From Octopus sinensis (lineage: Eukaryota), in contig NC_043000.1 in NCBI RefSeq assembly GCF_006345805.1, positions 102,734,001 to 102,798,000 of the forward strand: a stretch of DNA of 64,000 nucleotides, given 5' to 3'. Shown one piece after another: positions 1 through 12,479 of this stretch (positions within the stretch are counted from its first letter, which is position 1; every line of letters starts with the position of its first letter). A program made the translations under genes and the position numbers. The notes below the pieces were generated by a model. The model worked only from the letters and a program-made list of their open reading frames with translations. It was not told the origin of the DNA and made no database searches.

Positions 1-399
1 TGGAAAAATTTGTGTGTATTTAGATACTTTGTTGTCGTTCGTCACGTGTTCACGGCGTTCGAGTGTGTGTGTGTGCGCGCGCGCATGTTATTTTTGTCCT
101 GCCTGGTATAAATGTGTGTTTATGCAATTCGCTTCTCAACGAGTAGGGTCCATGTTCGATTCCACTTTGCCCAGATCAGAAATCATTATTAAGGCTGTGA
201 GCTGGCAGATTCATTAGAATAACAAGCAAAATGCTCAACGGCATTTCTTCCGTCTGTTTAACGATTTGAATTCAAATTCCGTTGGAGTCAACTTATCCTT
301 TTCTCCTTTCGGAATCTATAAAACACTGGGGTCGATGTAATCGACTTAGACTCCACCCCTAAAATTGCAGGCCACGAAACTATTATTATTGCTGTTGGC

Positions 400-644
400 G
401 GTGGCGAGCTGGCAGAAACGTTAAGCACGCCGGGCGAAATGCGTAGCCGTATTTCGTCTGTCGTTACTTTTCGAGTTCAAATTCCGCCGAGGTCGATTTT
501 GCCTTTCATCCTTTCGGGGTCGATAAATTAAGTACCAGTTACGCACTGGGGTCGATGTAATCGACTTAATCCTTTATTTGTCCCCTCTGTGTCTGTCCTT
601 GTTTGTCCCCTCTGTGTTTAGCCCCTTGTGGGTAGTAAAGAAAT
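400..644 (+). mobile_element. tRNA-derived SINE, family B
   Basis: Pol III A/B-box-like head (ggcgagctggcagaaacg...gagttcaaattccgccgagg). Related copies near 190-380, 9420-9630, 11730-11890, 27560-27720, 43085-43310, 55790-55960, 59340-59750 and 60260-60460. Confidence 0.8.
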
Positions 645-1201
645 ATTGTTGTTGTTGACGTTATTGTTTCATACAAGCTGTTCCAAGCCGCAACAGCAAG
701 ATGGACGTTTTACTATGAGTGCTATTTATGATTAGCGATGAAATATTGTAGGGGAGGAAGACCAGAATTTAAGAACTAAGATTCAGTTATATTTGTATTA
801 TTTCAGTTTTGAATGAGTTTGAATAAAATCAGGGATTTTAAAGTTACCAGTGTCTTTCTTAGGATGTGGGCAGTTCCCATATTTTTTTTTATTTTTATCT
901 TTTGTGTTTGTTTCAGTTATCTGACTGTAGCCATACTGGGGCACCGCCTTGAAATTTTTGTCGAATATATTGACCCCAGGACATTTTTTTAAAGCCTGTT
1001 ACTCTGTCGATCTCTTTGGCCGAACCTCTAAGTTACGGGGACTAAATGGCCTATAGGAATCGTATATCTGAATCACGAAACTATTGTTCACCAAATGCCT
1101 GGCCATAGAAATCTGTTTATGATTTATGTTTATGGAAATCTGTTTTCTATAAAATATGAGTATGGGTATAACTTTCAGAGATATTCCCACCATAACTTTC
1201 T

Positions 1202-1423
1202 TTATTTCTTATTCTTTTACTTGTTTCAGTTATTTGTTTGCGGCCATGCTGGGGCACCACCTTGAATGGTTTCAGTCTAACAAATCGACCCCAGGACTTA
1301 TCTTTTTTTAAAACCTAGTACTTATGATATCGGTCCCTTTACCGAACTACTAAGTTACGGGGACATAACACACCAACACCCGTTTCAAACGGTGGTGGTA
1401 GGATAAACACAAACACAGGCACG

Positions 1424-1457
<34 letters not shown>

Positions 1458-1606
1458 CGACAGTCTTCTTCCAGTTTCCGTCTACTAAATCCACTTACAA
1501 GGCTTTGGCCTGCCTGAGGCTATAGTAAAAGACATTTGCCAAAGGTACCATACAATAGGACTGAACCTGGAACCATGTGGTTGGGAAGCAAGCTTCTTAG
1601 CACACA
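1202..1606 (-). mobile_element. tRNA-derived SINE, family A (CORE-like ccttgggcaag motif)
   Basis: Reverse complement of the ~400 bp family consensus seen at 5577-5977. A partial copy lies at 880-1050. Confidence 0.8.
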
Positions 1607-2306
1607 CTCAAACCTTAGAGATGTATATTCCTGGAATTAAATTTACCAGAAAATTCATTTTAGATGGTGTAGTTTACGATTAGGTAGGTAGGTGGGGGGA
1701 GTGGAATTTTTTAGGATCATTTATCTAATAGTTCTTTATTAGATGTGTATTTTTATCGAAATTTTCTGGAGATACGTTTTCGACAGCGTAGATTACTGTT
1801 ACCTTGACAAAAATTGAAGAAAAGAAGATTGATTAATAATTAATCATTATTGGTGTAACCTATGCGTGTGGTTGTGTGGTAAGAAGCTTGCATCCCAACC
1901 ACATGGTTCCGGTTTCAATCACACTGAGTGACATCTACGGCCAGTGTCTTCTATTATAATTCTAGGCCGACCAATGCCTTGATTGGATTTATTACACGAA
2001 AACTGAAATATATATGTATTGTTATAATGTTGTTTTTTTTTAAATAAATAAATAGATATAATATAATGTCTAAAAGTTGATAAGTACCACCTCTTGATCC
2101 CCTCCATTTTCTTATTGCTGTATAAATTAAGGGTAAAACAACTTTTTACCCTCACCCATTTATTACATTCAGTAGTGTAATTGCCATGCAATGAAAAAAA
2201 AACTTGGGTATTAATAATTGGGTATTCTACCAGCGGTATATTGGATAGATATTATCCCTTAGTTGGTTGGATTCACAACCTCTAGCTCTTGGAATTATAT
2301 AATATA

Positions 2307-2308
<2 letters not shown>

Positions 2309-2373
<65 letters not shown>
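2309..2373 (+). repeat. (TAA)n microsatellite, left flank of the RLE LINE
   Basis: Pure AAT repeat directly abutting the truncated LINE. Confidence 0.95.
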
Positions 2374-3673
2374 CCTTAACTGGACACGAAATGAACTGTC
2401 CAAAATAGATAGGAAAACAAGAAAAATACTGACAGGATCTAGGATGCATCACCCAAAATCTGACATAGAAAGACTATATATACAACGTATAGAAGGTGGT
2501 AGAGGCCTTATACAGCTGGAAAACTACTATAAAATAACCACCATAGGACTGCAAAAATACCTACTTCAGAAGGAAGGAAAACTGATCCAGATAGCAGCAA
2601 AACACGAGCAAAACAAAAAACTGTTCTCAGTATTTAAGGAAGCTGACAAATACAAACAAGAAATCATACCACCTAATAAACACAAAGAAGAAGAAGAAGA
2701 AGAAGATGATGAAGAAACAACAAAAGCTATAAAACAAATGAAATCCAAACTAAAAATAGAACAGCAACGAGCCATGATAAAACGATGGCAAGAAAAGCCC
2801 CTTCATGGTAAATACTGCACTAAACTAAACGCAAAAGAAATAGACAAAGAAAAATCCCAGCAATGGTTGAGAAGCTCAGGACTCAAAGCAGAAACAGAGG
2901 GATTTTTAATTGCAGCACAAGACCAAAGCCTCCCCACCAGAAATTACCAAAAACATGTAATGAAAAGAAATATTACAAGTAACTGCAGAATATGTGGAGA
3001 TGGACAAGAAACAATAAATCATATTATCTCTAGCTGCCCAGTCCTGGCTAAGAAGGAATATATTCACAGACATGACAGAGTTGGAACCTACATACATTGG
3101 AAGCTATGCCAACATTATGGAATAACAACAGAAAAAAGATGGTATAGGCACACACCAGAAAAGGTCACAGAAAACGAGAAAGCAACCATACTCTGGGATA
3201 TGCCGATACACACAGATAGAGAAATTAAGGCCAACAGACCAGATATAGTTGTCAGAGATCATGAAGAAAAAAAATGCTTTCTAATTGATGTATCAATACC
3301 GGCAGATGACAACGTTTCTCTAAAAGAAATGGAGAAACTCTCAAAATACAAAGACCTGGAAATAAAGGTAACTAGAATGTGGAACCTGAAAACAGAAACA
3401 ATTCCTATCATAGTAGGTGCATTAGGCATGATAAAAAAATATTCAGACAAATACATAACAAAAACACCAGGACTTACAAACACATATAACATACAGAAAA
3501 TTGCACTACTAGGCACTGCACACATCCTACGCAGAACACTTTCCATACAATAACCATCAGAGCATCACAAATCACAGCACATACCCAAGGCATACAGAGC
3601 TGCGCTCGGTAGTGAAGTGAAAGCACGCTATAAAAATAAAACTACTGAATAATAATAATAATAATGATGATAA
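2374..3673 (+). mobile_element. R4/Dong-like LINE, 5'-truncated, with 3'UTR and (AAT)n tail
   Basis: ORF as above, ~95 bp 3'UTR to 3647, then (AAT)n. TAA repeats on both sides. Confidence 0.85.
2375..3553 (+). CDS. 5'-truncated ORF of an RLE non-LTR retrotransposon (R4/Dong-like): RT thumb region, CCHC knuckle and restriction-like endonuclease
   Basis: Stop-free frame from 2375 (LNWTRNELSKIDRK...). Contains LYIQRIEGGRGL, CRICG..ETINHIISSC (CCHC), RHD and RPDIV...LIDVSIP (PD..D RLE motif). Confidence 0.9.
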   Translation, partial: LNWTRNELSKIDRKTRKILTGSRMHHPKSDIERLYIQRIEGGRGLIQLENYYKITTIGLQKYLLQKEGKLIQIAAKHEQNKKLFSVFKEADKYKQEIIPPNKHKEEEEEEDDEETTKAIKQMKSKLKIEQQRAMIKRWQEKPLHGKYCTKLNAKEIDKEKSQQWLRSSGLKAETEGFLIAAQDQSLPTRNYQKHVMKRNITSNCRICGDGQETINHIISSCPVLAKKEYIHRHDRVGTYIHWKLCQHYGITTEKRWYRHTPEKVTENEKATILWDMPIHTDREIKANRPDIVVRDHEEKKCFLIDVSIPADDNVSLKEMEKLSKYKDLEIKVTRMWNLKTETIPIIVGALGMIKKYSDKYITKTPGLTNTYNIQKIALLGTAHILRRTLSIQ

Positions 3674-3779
3674 TAGGGAGTATAACTCCAAACATACAGG
3701 GAAAAATTCAATTTAGTAATCATTCAAATTTCACAATATAAATATATAATATATATAAATTAGAGAAAAACCACTATTA

Positions 3780-4320
3780 TGTAATTCAAACAATGATAGA
3801 CACAAACCAAATCATAAAGAAAAACATAAAATATATTATAAAACTAGATCACAAAAAGTACAAAAAAGACTACGTACGTTTCGTGGCTATAACTTCTATT
3901 CGAATTACAATTAAATTTAAATTTAATCGAAACACAATTCAGTTTAAAAGTATAGTCACTCCTCAGGTCAGCAATAGTAACAATAATAATTAAATAATCA
4001 AATAGAATTAAACAATATTTCATAAATAAATAAAATCACGATTGTTTTTATAGAAGAAACTCCGTTAACTAAATTTGAAACTTAAAAAGAAGTATGAGGT
4101 GTCTATAATACATTTATCATGTTAAAAACCTAAGGTAAAGAATAGAGCAAATAGATAGAAAAATGTATTTATCTGTGAAGATATAATTTAGCTTTGAGAA
4201 TAACATTAACAAACTATAGAATATCTTTTCACTAGCTATACTCTAATATTTTACGTTACAAACTATTTTACAAAACAATCACACTTAATACTTTTAGATT
4301 TTAGTTCATACTATATCTTC
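3780..4320 (-). mobile_element. Degenerate Penelope-like element 3' end
   Basis: Minus-strand remnants resemble the GIY-YIG C-terminal region (SEKIF..LFSKLNY). A hammerhead motif follows at 3868-3969. Confidence 0.5.
3868..3969 (-). ncRNA. Type I hammerhead ribozyme motif
   Basis: Minus strand reads gac-CTGAGGA-gtgactata...tatagccac-GAAA-c(gtac)g-TA-gtc. Core, stem II, short palindromic stem III and a 3-bp stem I are present. Confidence 0.55.
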
Positions 4321-4332
4321 GGAAAGTATATA

Positions 4333-4417
4333 CAACGCCTCGCCCGGTCCAGGAATCGAAATCACAATCTTACAATCATGAGTTCAACACCCTAACCACT
4401 AAGCCACGCGTCTCCAC
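4333..4417 (-). mobile_element. tRNA-derived SINE head (family D)
   Basis: gtggagacgcgtggcttagtggttagg...gatttcgattcctggaccgg has A and B boxes. Related copies at 45575-45900, 47965-48270 and 51050-51200. Confidence 0.7.
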
Positions 4418-4424
4418 TTTAATG

Positions 4425-4720
4425 ATCTCTGGAGTTGCGTTACTCGAAAGGGTTCGTAGCTCGGAGATCAGGAAGTTTCTTCAGGTCGATCCGCTACTTC
4501 TCCGCATTGAGAGGATACGGTTCCGGTATAACGGCCATATGATTAGGATATAAGACGTATTCTTCAAGCCGGGCCAGCTTTACAGGAAACCCAGGGAGAA
4601 GACCGTGAACGAGAAGGGTGGATGATATCCATGGTCATATTTGGTTACAGCCAGAAGGTTTAATGACAGCTGGGGGAGGTGCTTCAGAACTCTACTCTCA
4701 CGAATCTTCCAGTAATAGTG
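4425..4720 (+). mobile_element. Degenerate RTE-type LINE 3' fragment
   Basis: Translates with stops and frameshifts to ERVRSSEIRK..IERIRFRYNGHMIR..PGRRP..WMDDI, typical of the RTE C-terminus. Confidence 0.6.
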
Positions 4721-4907
4721 TACGGAGAAAATGGATGGATGGAAAAATTTGTGGGGATACAAAAGTAGGCATGGGAGGAGGCACTTTTTTGTTTATGAAG
4801 GCAGACAGAACAAACTGAATCGTTTATACGAAATAATATGTATGATACAAAATAAGAAATGTGTATGCTTTTGTGTCTAATTTTATGTCTGCGTGTATGC
4901 GTCTCTA

Positions 4908-4910
<3 letters not shown>

Positions 4911-4966
<56 letters not shown>

Positions 4967-5006
4967 TGGTGTGTGTGTGTGTGTTGTGTGGTGTGTGTGT
5001 GTGTGC
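4911..5006. repeat. (GT)n microsatellite
   Basis: Direct observation. Confidence 0.95.
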
Positions 5007-5576
5007 GAGTGCGTTTAAGTTTAACATGCGGCATGGAAGTCCGAAAACTTTAAAAAACACTTTTCGAATTTGCGGATATGTTTGTATTCTGAAAAGATAA
5101 GTGTCAAGAAAAGTTAATTTTCATATGTTTGAAGAAGATTCCTGTCGCCAAATCAATCAATAGTTCCTGAAAGGGCGAGAGAGATTTGGTGAAAGCTGGT
5201 GGAGGGAAGCAAGTAAAAAGTTCAAGGCCAGAGCTCTCCTCCTTCTCCTCCTAATAGCTTACTCCATTTCTGCCACTTTCCTATTCACGCTCGGAACAGC
5301 GGGGCTGGGGACAGGTTTTTTTTTACAGTTTTATTTATTTATTCATTTATTTATTTATTTATTTATTCAAGTAAAGAGAGTGGGTGAAGGTATATAAAAT
5401 AACATTAGCAGCCATGGTATGAAAGTTTTAATGGTTTAACAGTACGGAGTTAACCAATGAAAGCAAAAGAAATAAACGGGGATAACTAATGATAGAAAAA
5501 AAATAGATAGGAGTTGGGAGGAGAAAGGAATAAATGCAAAGGCAACATTTAAAACCCTGTAAGAAATATAAATAAA

Positions 5577-5977
5577 GGAGTGGCTGGTGGTAAGTAGCTT
5601 GCCTACCAACCACATGGTTCTGGGTTCAGTCCCACTGCGTGGCATCTTGGGCAAGTGTCTTCTGCTATAGCCTCGGGCCGACCAAAGCCTTGTGTGGATT
5701 TGGTAGACGGAAACTGAAAGAAGCCTGTCGTATATATGTATGTATGTATGTATGTGTGTGTATATGTTTGTGTGTCTGTGTTTGTCCCTCTAGCATTGCT
5801 TGACAACCGATGCTGTTGTGTTTACGTCCCCGTCACCTAGCGGTTCGGCAAAAGAGATCGATAGAATAAGTACTGGGCTTACAAAGAATAAGTCCCGGGG
5901 TCGATTTGCTCGATTAAAGGCGGTGCTCCAGCATGGCCGCAGTCAAATGACTGAAACAACTAAAAGAGTAAAAAGAG
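5577..5977 (+). mobile_element. SINE family A, full-length, CpG-retaining
   Basis: tRNA-like head, cttgggcaagtg core, internal TA/TG microsatellite and gtaaaagag-type tail. Confidence 0.9.
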
Positions 5978-6394
5978 TATATATATATATATATATAGTG
6001 GGTTCTCCCGTTTGTTTCCATGTATGAGGGTCTAAAAGAGAATATTATTGCACAGCGAGTATTATTGCTGTTAGACTACTCACGCAAGATGGTTAGTTTT
6101 CAGTGGTGAAGGCAGCCTTGTGTAGGAAATGCCACATTTATTGTAAATGCTGATGGTAAAAAGTTTGAGCAAGCGTTTGCTTACAAAATCAGTGAGCAAC
6201 GTACCTTAAGGTTTCCGTTTAGAGTTCTTCGTTTCCTGGATTTGTGACCTTCGTTACGAATTAGAGAGGAACCCAACCTGACAGGCTAACAAGAAGCAGA
6301 ACGAGTTATTTCTAAGCCCTCGCTCATAAATACATACATGCATAAACGCATGCATACATACACATAAATGCATGAATACGTATATCTACAACTA

Positions 6395-6432
<38 letters not shown>

Positions 6433-6456
6433 ACTATCTATCTATCTATCTATCTA

Positions 6457-6492
<36 letters not shown>

Positions 6493-6679
6493 AAAACTTT
6501 ACATATATAAAATATAAATAACGTGAAATACACGAAGGGACGAACATGAAAAACAGACAGGTCATTCAAAGCCTTCATTCTTCAGTCAGAAACCGATTCA
6601 TCATTGCAAATTTCGGCTGTTATATATATATATATATATATATATCGGCAATCTTTCGGTAAAAGTCTATGACGTCATG

Positions 6680-6980
6680 AGTGAGTGTATGACATTGTCT
6701 GTCATCTATTTGACAAAGCTGAACGGGCAAACACATACTTGCACATACTCTCCCTCTCTCCTGAGACTCACCTCATGTACTAGTACCGAAACATTGACTA
6801 CTTATCATGTGATTGAATGGGCATTGGCGCTCTTGAGCTCATCCATCCTTGGACAGGTTATGTTTATTATCCCACAGTGCGTCCCAAAACTACACCCCCC
6901 ACTAAGCAGGCTTGGTTGCCAGATTAGTCGCCGATGGACCGAACACGCAACACATTGAACTCAAAAGTGACCTGAAATAC

Positions 6981-6990
<10 letters not shown>
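6680..6990 (-). mobile_element. Fragment related to the 5' part of the RTE-derived element at 20272-20800
   Basis: Shares gcttgg..ttgcc.g.ttagtcgccga..gaccga and aaagtgacctga with 20700-20800. Confidence 0.5.
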
Positions 6991-7029
<39 letters not shown>

Positions 7030-7031
<2 letters not shown>

Positions 7032-7200
7032 AATGCTCGAAATGAGGAGTAGATAGACAGCCGACAACTGATGAAGGATCGTTCTTTATGTTACTTGTCC
7101 AGTTTTCCATTTGTTTCTCTCGTTGTTTGCGTGTTGAACTCCTTTGTTTTCATATTTCATGTTGTTTACTGTTGGTGACGTCCTGTACCCATATATGTAT
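7030..7200. repeat. Dispersed repeat, also at 36660-36830
   Basis: Shared caatgctcgaaatgaggag..caactgatgaagg..ctgtacccatatatg. Confidence 0.75.
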
Positions 7201-7228
7201 ATAATCGTATATATATATATATAATTTA

Positions 7229-7277
<49 letters not shown>

Positions 7278-7419
7278 GGGGGATCAAATTTTGGCCGTTG
7301 CCCATATAGGGGGCTGTAGTCCCCCCCCCCTATACGACCCTTCCAATTTTTTTCCAGCGGTTTTGCACTTTTCATAACACTAGTTTCACTTTTATTCTTT
7401 CACGTTTCTTTTACTAATT

Positions 7420-8450
7420 GTTTCACTTTTACTCTTACTCTGTGTGTGTGTGTGTGTGTGTGTTTCCTCTATTCACGGCCAAACCGCTGGATCAATCTGT
7501 ACCAAATTTGGCTGTCTGGAAATTACAACAGCTTTGTCTTTTGGCTTTGAAGGTAAACGATTCTGAAACGCTTTTTGATTGTGATAATGAAACAAGAGGT
7601 TTAAAGAAAAAAAAACCAGTAAGGCTTCTAAATAACGAAAGGTCTTCATACGGATACACGCTTATACACTGTAGGATATCTATCAATTTATACAATAAGC
7701 TTTATAAATTTTAAAGTTCAATGTGCCCGTGGCATAAGTTAGAGATATCGACATGAGTTATTCAAATGATTGTTCGTGGAACGGACCTAATAAAATTAGC
7801 TAGAATACACTCGATATTTCATATTTAAATCCGATGTGACTATTTCTACTTGGATATTGGTCCTACCTCAGATTCGAAATCGAATCTACATTTTCCCTCT
7901 AGCCATACGGCCTATTGTTCTGCACTAAATTTTAAACTTTTTTTCAAAAACAGAAATATGTTTTACATATCTGTCGAATACGTCGGTTTTGTTTTTTCGC
8001 TTAAAAAGTAAACGATTCTGATAGAAGCAAACACGATATTAAATAATTCTCCGCCATACGGCAACGACCCCACCTTTTTTTTTTTAAGATAAACGCTTTT
8101 TAATTGTGATAATGAAACATGAGGCTTAGTCCTTACCGCCAAAATTCATTTCTCTTGGGAAATATAAGGGTGACGATGTCTTCATTCCACAGATCCCATT
8201 AATCGTATCTGACCTCCCCTATGAATTTAAACGGTTCCAGTTTCCAGCGAAACTAAGTTTTGCTATGTCCATAAACAAATCTCAAACACAATCTCTCAAC
8301 GTTGTTGGACTTAACCTTGCTTCTTGCTTCTCTCATGGACAATTATATGTTGGATTATATGTAGGATGTTAGGAAGTCCCAAAACTCATTTTCTTTATAC
8401 ACCAATTAAAGGGCACACTGAAAACATCGAATATTTAGAAGTTCTACAAA
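7420..8450 (+). mobile_element. Internally deleted Helitron with PIF1-like helicase C-terminal remnant (about 8130-8450)
   Basis: FIPQIPLI..DLPYEFKRFQFPAKLSFAMSINKSQTQSLNVVGLNL..CFSHGQLYVG..TENIEYLEVL matches Helitron helicase C-terminal motifs. The left boundary is tentative. Confidence 0.8.
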
Positions 8451-8499
8451 ATTAAACTGTGATTGGAGTTCAGGATTTGTTTTAATAATTTTGTTTATA

Positions 8500-8782
8500 C
8501 TCACCTCATAAGGGCCGGTTTCCCAGTTTCCTTGGCGTATAGGTTCCTCACCTGGACGGGACGCCGGTCCGTCGCAAGTGAGCTGCAAGATGCAGGAGGA
8601 AAGAGTAAGAGAAAATTGTGGCGAAAGAGTCAGCAGAAGTTTGCCATTACCTTCTGCCGGAGCCGCATTGAGCGTAGGTGTTTCGCTCATAAACACACAC
8701 ACATCGCCCGGTCTGAGATTCGAACCCGCGATCCCTCGACCGCGAGTCCGCTGCTCTAATCAGTAGGCCATGTGCCTCCACC
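8500..8782 (-). mobile_element. tRNA-derived SINE, family C
   Basis: Head gtggaggcacatggcc...gggttcgaatctcagaccgg. A related copy lies at 28310-28630. Confidence 0.75.
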
Positions 8783-9689
8783 TTGTTTATAGTAGTACTA
8801 GTAAAAAGAAACGTTGCTGTCGAGCTGTAATCTCCGGACTACTCACCGTACGGTCAAAATCACACTCATTCCCAACTGCATTGTCTGCATTCTATCTTTA
8901 ATTAATTTTAATTAATTAAAATTTCTATATTGTAACCCAGCTTTTCTGAACAGCTCTTAATCGTTCCCATCACAGGTGTAATTTAAATTAATTAGATCCA
9001 TTAACTCACAACAATAAGTATATATATGCATATGATGTATACATCTACATATATTATAGGAATACTTACGTACGTACGTATATACATACATGCGTGTGAT
9101 TTTCTTTGGGATTTATTTAATTAATTTATTTATTTATCTATTTATTTATTGCAGAATTCAAACCGGTCATTAATAGAGTAACGAAGTTCTTTTGCTGAAG
9201 TTAAGACAGCTCCTTGAGTTTGTGGTTATGTAAATTGGTTAGTACGTGCGTATATGTATGTAAGGATAAACTTGCGCTCGCGTTGCAGCTGTGTATGTCA
9301 TTTTAAAGCGTGCGTACATCATTGAAGAGGATGTGTGTGTTTACGCAAATTCGATATAAGCATATGATTGTATTTTTGAGGTCCTATTCAACCCAGGACC
9401 TCAAAATTGTGATTCCTTAAAAAATTTTACCAATTTTCACAGAGCCTTTAATTGATAATACCGGTTTCAAATTTTGACACAAGGTCAGCAATTTTGGTGG
9501 CGGGGGGGTTAAGTTGATTACATCGACCTCAGTACTCAACTGGTACATATTCACAGGACGTGAAGACAGACGAAATGCAGCTAAGCATTTTGCTCTGCGC
9601 GTCAACCAGTCTGCTATCTTGTCGCCTCCCTGTAATTGCTAAAATGTGATTTAGCTTGCTTTGTTCTTTCTTTGCGAATTCGAGCTTTT

Positions 9690-10135
9690 CTAAGCAAATA
9701 TTTTGTTATATAGCCCAGTGTCAGATACAAATAAAAGCCTATTGACTGGATACAAGAACTGTCCGTCAATCTTACATTAGCTCTCCAAAAATGTTTTCTA
9801 TTTCCTCAATTTTTGACGCAACATTCGCATTCACCGAGCAGCTTACCTCTGCAACGGAACAGTAGTTACGCGCCCTGTCCCATATAACAATATTTGGCCT
9901 GCTGAGTTTATACCGAGTAGATTCTTTTATTGAAATGTTACGCCCTTATTCTGTATTTTTAAAGGTGTGGATACATTCTTGTTCTGGCGTGCCTTTGGTA
10001 TGGCCGTCCGGAAAACATAAAATTGTTGATGGTTTTAGCAACAGTATCATGTCTCAGGGAAAGGTCGTATTTTAGTGACATTTCTGGACAGGAGGTGATG
10101 AATCAAGAGATACCTTTCACATGGCTACGACGCAA
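9690..10135 (-). mobile_element. Degenerate RLE LINE 3' fragment (second family)
   Basis: Frameshifted motifs SCPEMSLKYDLSLRHDTVAK, RPNIVIW and CSVAEVSC..NVASKIEE. Confidence 0.65.
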
Positions 10136-10336
10136 TCAACATTTTTTTATCTCAGCGTAGAGGTCTAGAAACACTCTCTTGTTGATGAGAAATGTAAGGG
10201 TTATCTCCAGTTCCTGGATAGTGAAGATGTAGAGTTCTAAGTGATATTCGATGTATCTATTACAAGAAGTTGCTGTTTTCGTCATTGTTGGTGGTGTATC
10301 TATGCGTGAGTATGCGCGCATGTATGTGTTTGTTTT

Positions 10337-10337
<1 letters not shown>

Positions 10338-10426
<89 letters not shown>
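10338..10426. repeat. (GATA)n microsatellite
   Basis: Direct observation. Confidence 0.95.
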
Positions 10427-10428
<2 letters not shown>

Positions 10429-11138
10429 TTCTCACATACATGTATCCATACATATACGCATAAGCGTTTGTCTAAAAAGAAACTAAACTTGAAAAGAAAT
10501 TCATTGCTTTAGTTATTGGAATGCGTTTTCATGACCTGTGTGTAGTTCTCGGAGCAGATTTTCTTCTATCCTCTGAAATCAGCGAGCTTATTTAAACTAG
10601 GGTAACAAAAAAAAAAAAAGGAGAACTTCGCAAAGGCCAAAACCGGGGAGAGCGGTTAGTGTTTTTCTTCCACCATCGTTTGACAACCGGTGCCGGTTTG
10701 TTTACATCCTCGCAACTTAGTCGTTCAGCTCCGTTAGAATAAATACCAGACTCTAAAAAAAATAAATAGAGGGTCGATCTATTCAACTAAACTCTTCAAA
10801 GTGGTGCCACAACGTGACCGCAGTTCAAAGACTGGAACCAATAAGAGAATACATAAAAGAATATCTCACAAGTATTTGCAAATATGTTGACAAGCAAGAA
10901 ACCCGACACATTTCAGCCGTGGTCACTGGAGTTTTTCGAAGGAAGGGCACAAGGTCAGAAAGGAATACAATTCCAGGAGAAAAGGGCGTAATAACATTAC
11001 TTAGAAGGACGCACTTCTTTTCTTGAGTTGGGGGGGAGTACCCCTCGGGTCCCCCTTGGGCCCGTCCATGCAGTTCACCAAAGACTAGGTGAGAAAGCAT
11101 TTTAATATCTATATATAAGCAGTAGAATTTATGAGATT

Positions 11139-11585
11139 CTTTCTTTCTTTTATTTGTTTCAGTCGTTTGACTGCGGCCATGCTGGAGCACCGCCTTTAGT
11201 CGAGCAAATCGACCCCAGGACTTATTCTTTGTAAGCCTAGTACTTATTCTATCGGTCTCTCTTACCGAACCGCTAAGTGACGGAGACATAAACACACCAG
11301 CATCGGTCGTCAAGCGATGTTGGGGGGGGGGACAAACACAGACACATAAACACACACACACACACATATATATATATGGCCTTGCTTTTTGAACCCAAAA
11401 ATTAACTTAACTTAACTTATATATATACAACGGGCTTCTTTCAATTTTCATCTACCAAATCCACTCACAAGGCTTTAGTTGGCCCGAGGCTATAGTAGAA
11501 GACACTTGCCCAAAGTGCCACAAAGTGGGACTGAACCCGGAACCATGTGGTTGGTAAGCAAGCTACTTACCACCCAGCCACTCCA
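11139..11585 (-). mobile_element. SINE family A with short internal insertion
   Basis: Matches family consensus, with extra sequence at about 11375-11420. Confidence 0.85.
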
Positions 11586-12479
11586 GATGTCAAATAATAT
11601 CCGCATTTTTCCAAATAAGAAATAACATAAAAGATTTTATATTCAATATAAACTTACATCTCTAATATAAATTTGATAATTAAACTAATTGCAAGTAAAG
11701 GTGAACACAGACTAATCTTTTCTACTATAAATATAAAGACCGAAATTTATTTGGGAGACGCGGGCTAGTCTATTACATCGACCTCAGTACTCAACTACTA
11801 CTTAATTCATCGACGAAAAGCACAGTCAATCTCGGCGGAATTTTAACTGAGAATGTAAAGACGAACGCAATCCCGCAAAGCATTTTGTTTAGTGGACAGA
11901 AATATTGCATGCCTTACAAGGATTCTAATGGCATGAAAATTCAAGAGTTTTATCTTCAATTTAATTCAATTAAAAATTCCTTGATCAATGAAAAATTAAT
12001 GTCAATAACAATGTAACTTCTTAACCACTTATATTGTTAAATGATAAAAATATATTATGTTCCTTTAGAGACCAAATTAATTTACTAAGCCCAGTATTGT
12101 TGCGTTTATTGATATGTCTAAATGTAGAACAAAGCTGAAATATTAATCAATTCCTGCTTGGTTTTTGTGCAGAGCTAGTCCTTGAGTACATTTCTGAAAT
12201 TTCCAATTCACGTAAAAAATGAGTACATTTCGACAACTGAAACGAAGAGCTGCCTTTATAAAAAAAAAAAAAAAAAAGACATCAGAACCGGAAGTGATTT
12301 TTCATTGATAAACAGTTTCAAGTCTTAGAATTACTGCCAAGGAAACGAATTCGATTCGAATTTATATCAGAAATAATATTGTTGTTATTATTGTTCAAAG
12401 AATGGTTAGTGTTAATAATAATATCACTGTTATTTTTTCATTAAGTGGATTTGTAACTTATGGTTATGTGAAGAAATGA

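Noticed and set aside
4333-4417. tRNA genes
   Set aside because: tRNA-like segments are SINE heads followed by SINE bodies. No complete cloverleaf was supported.
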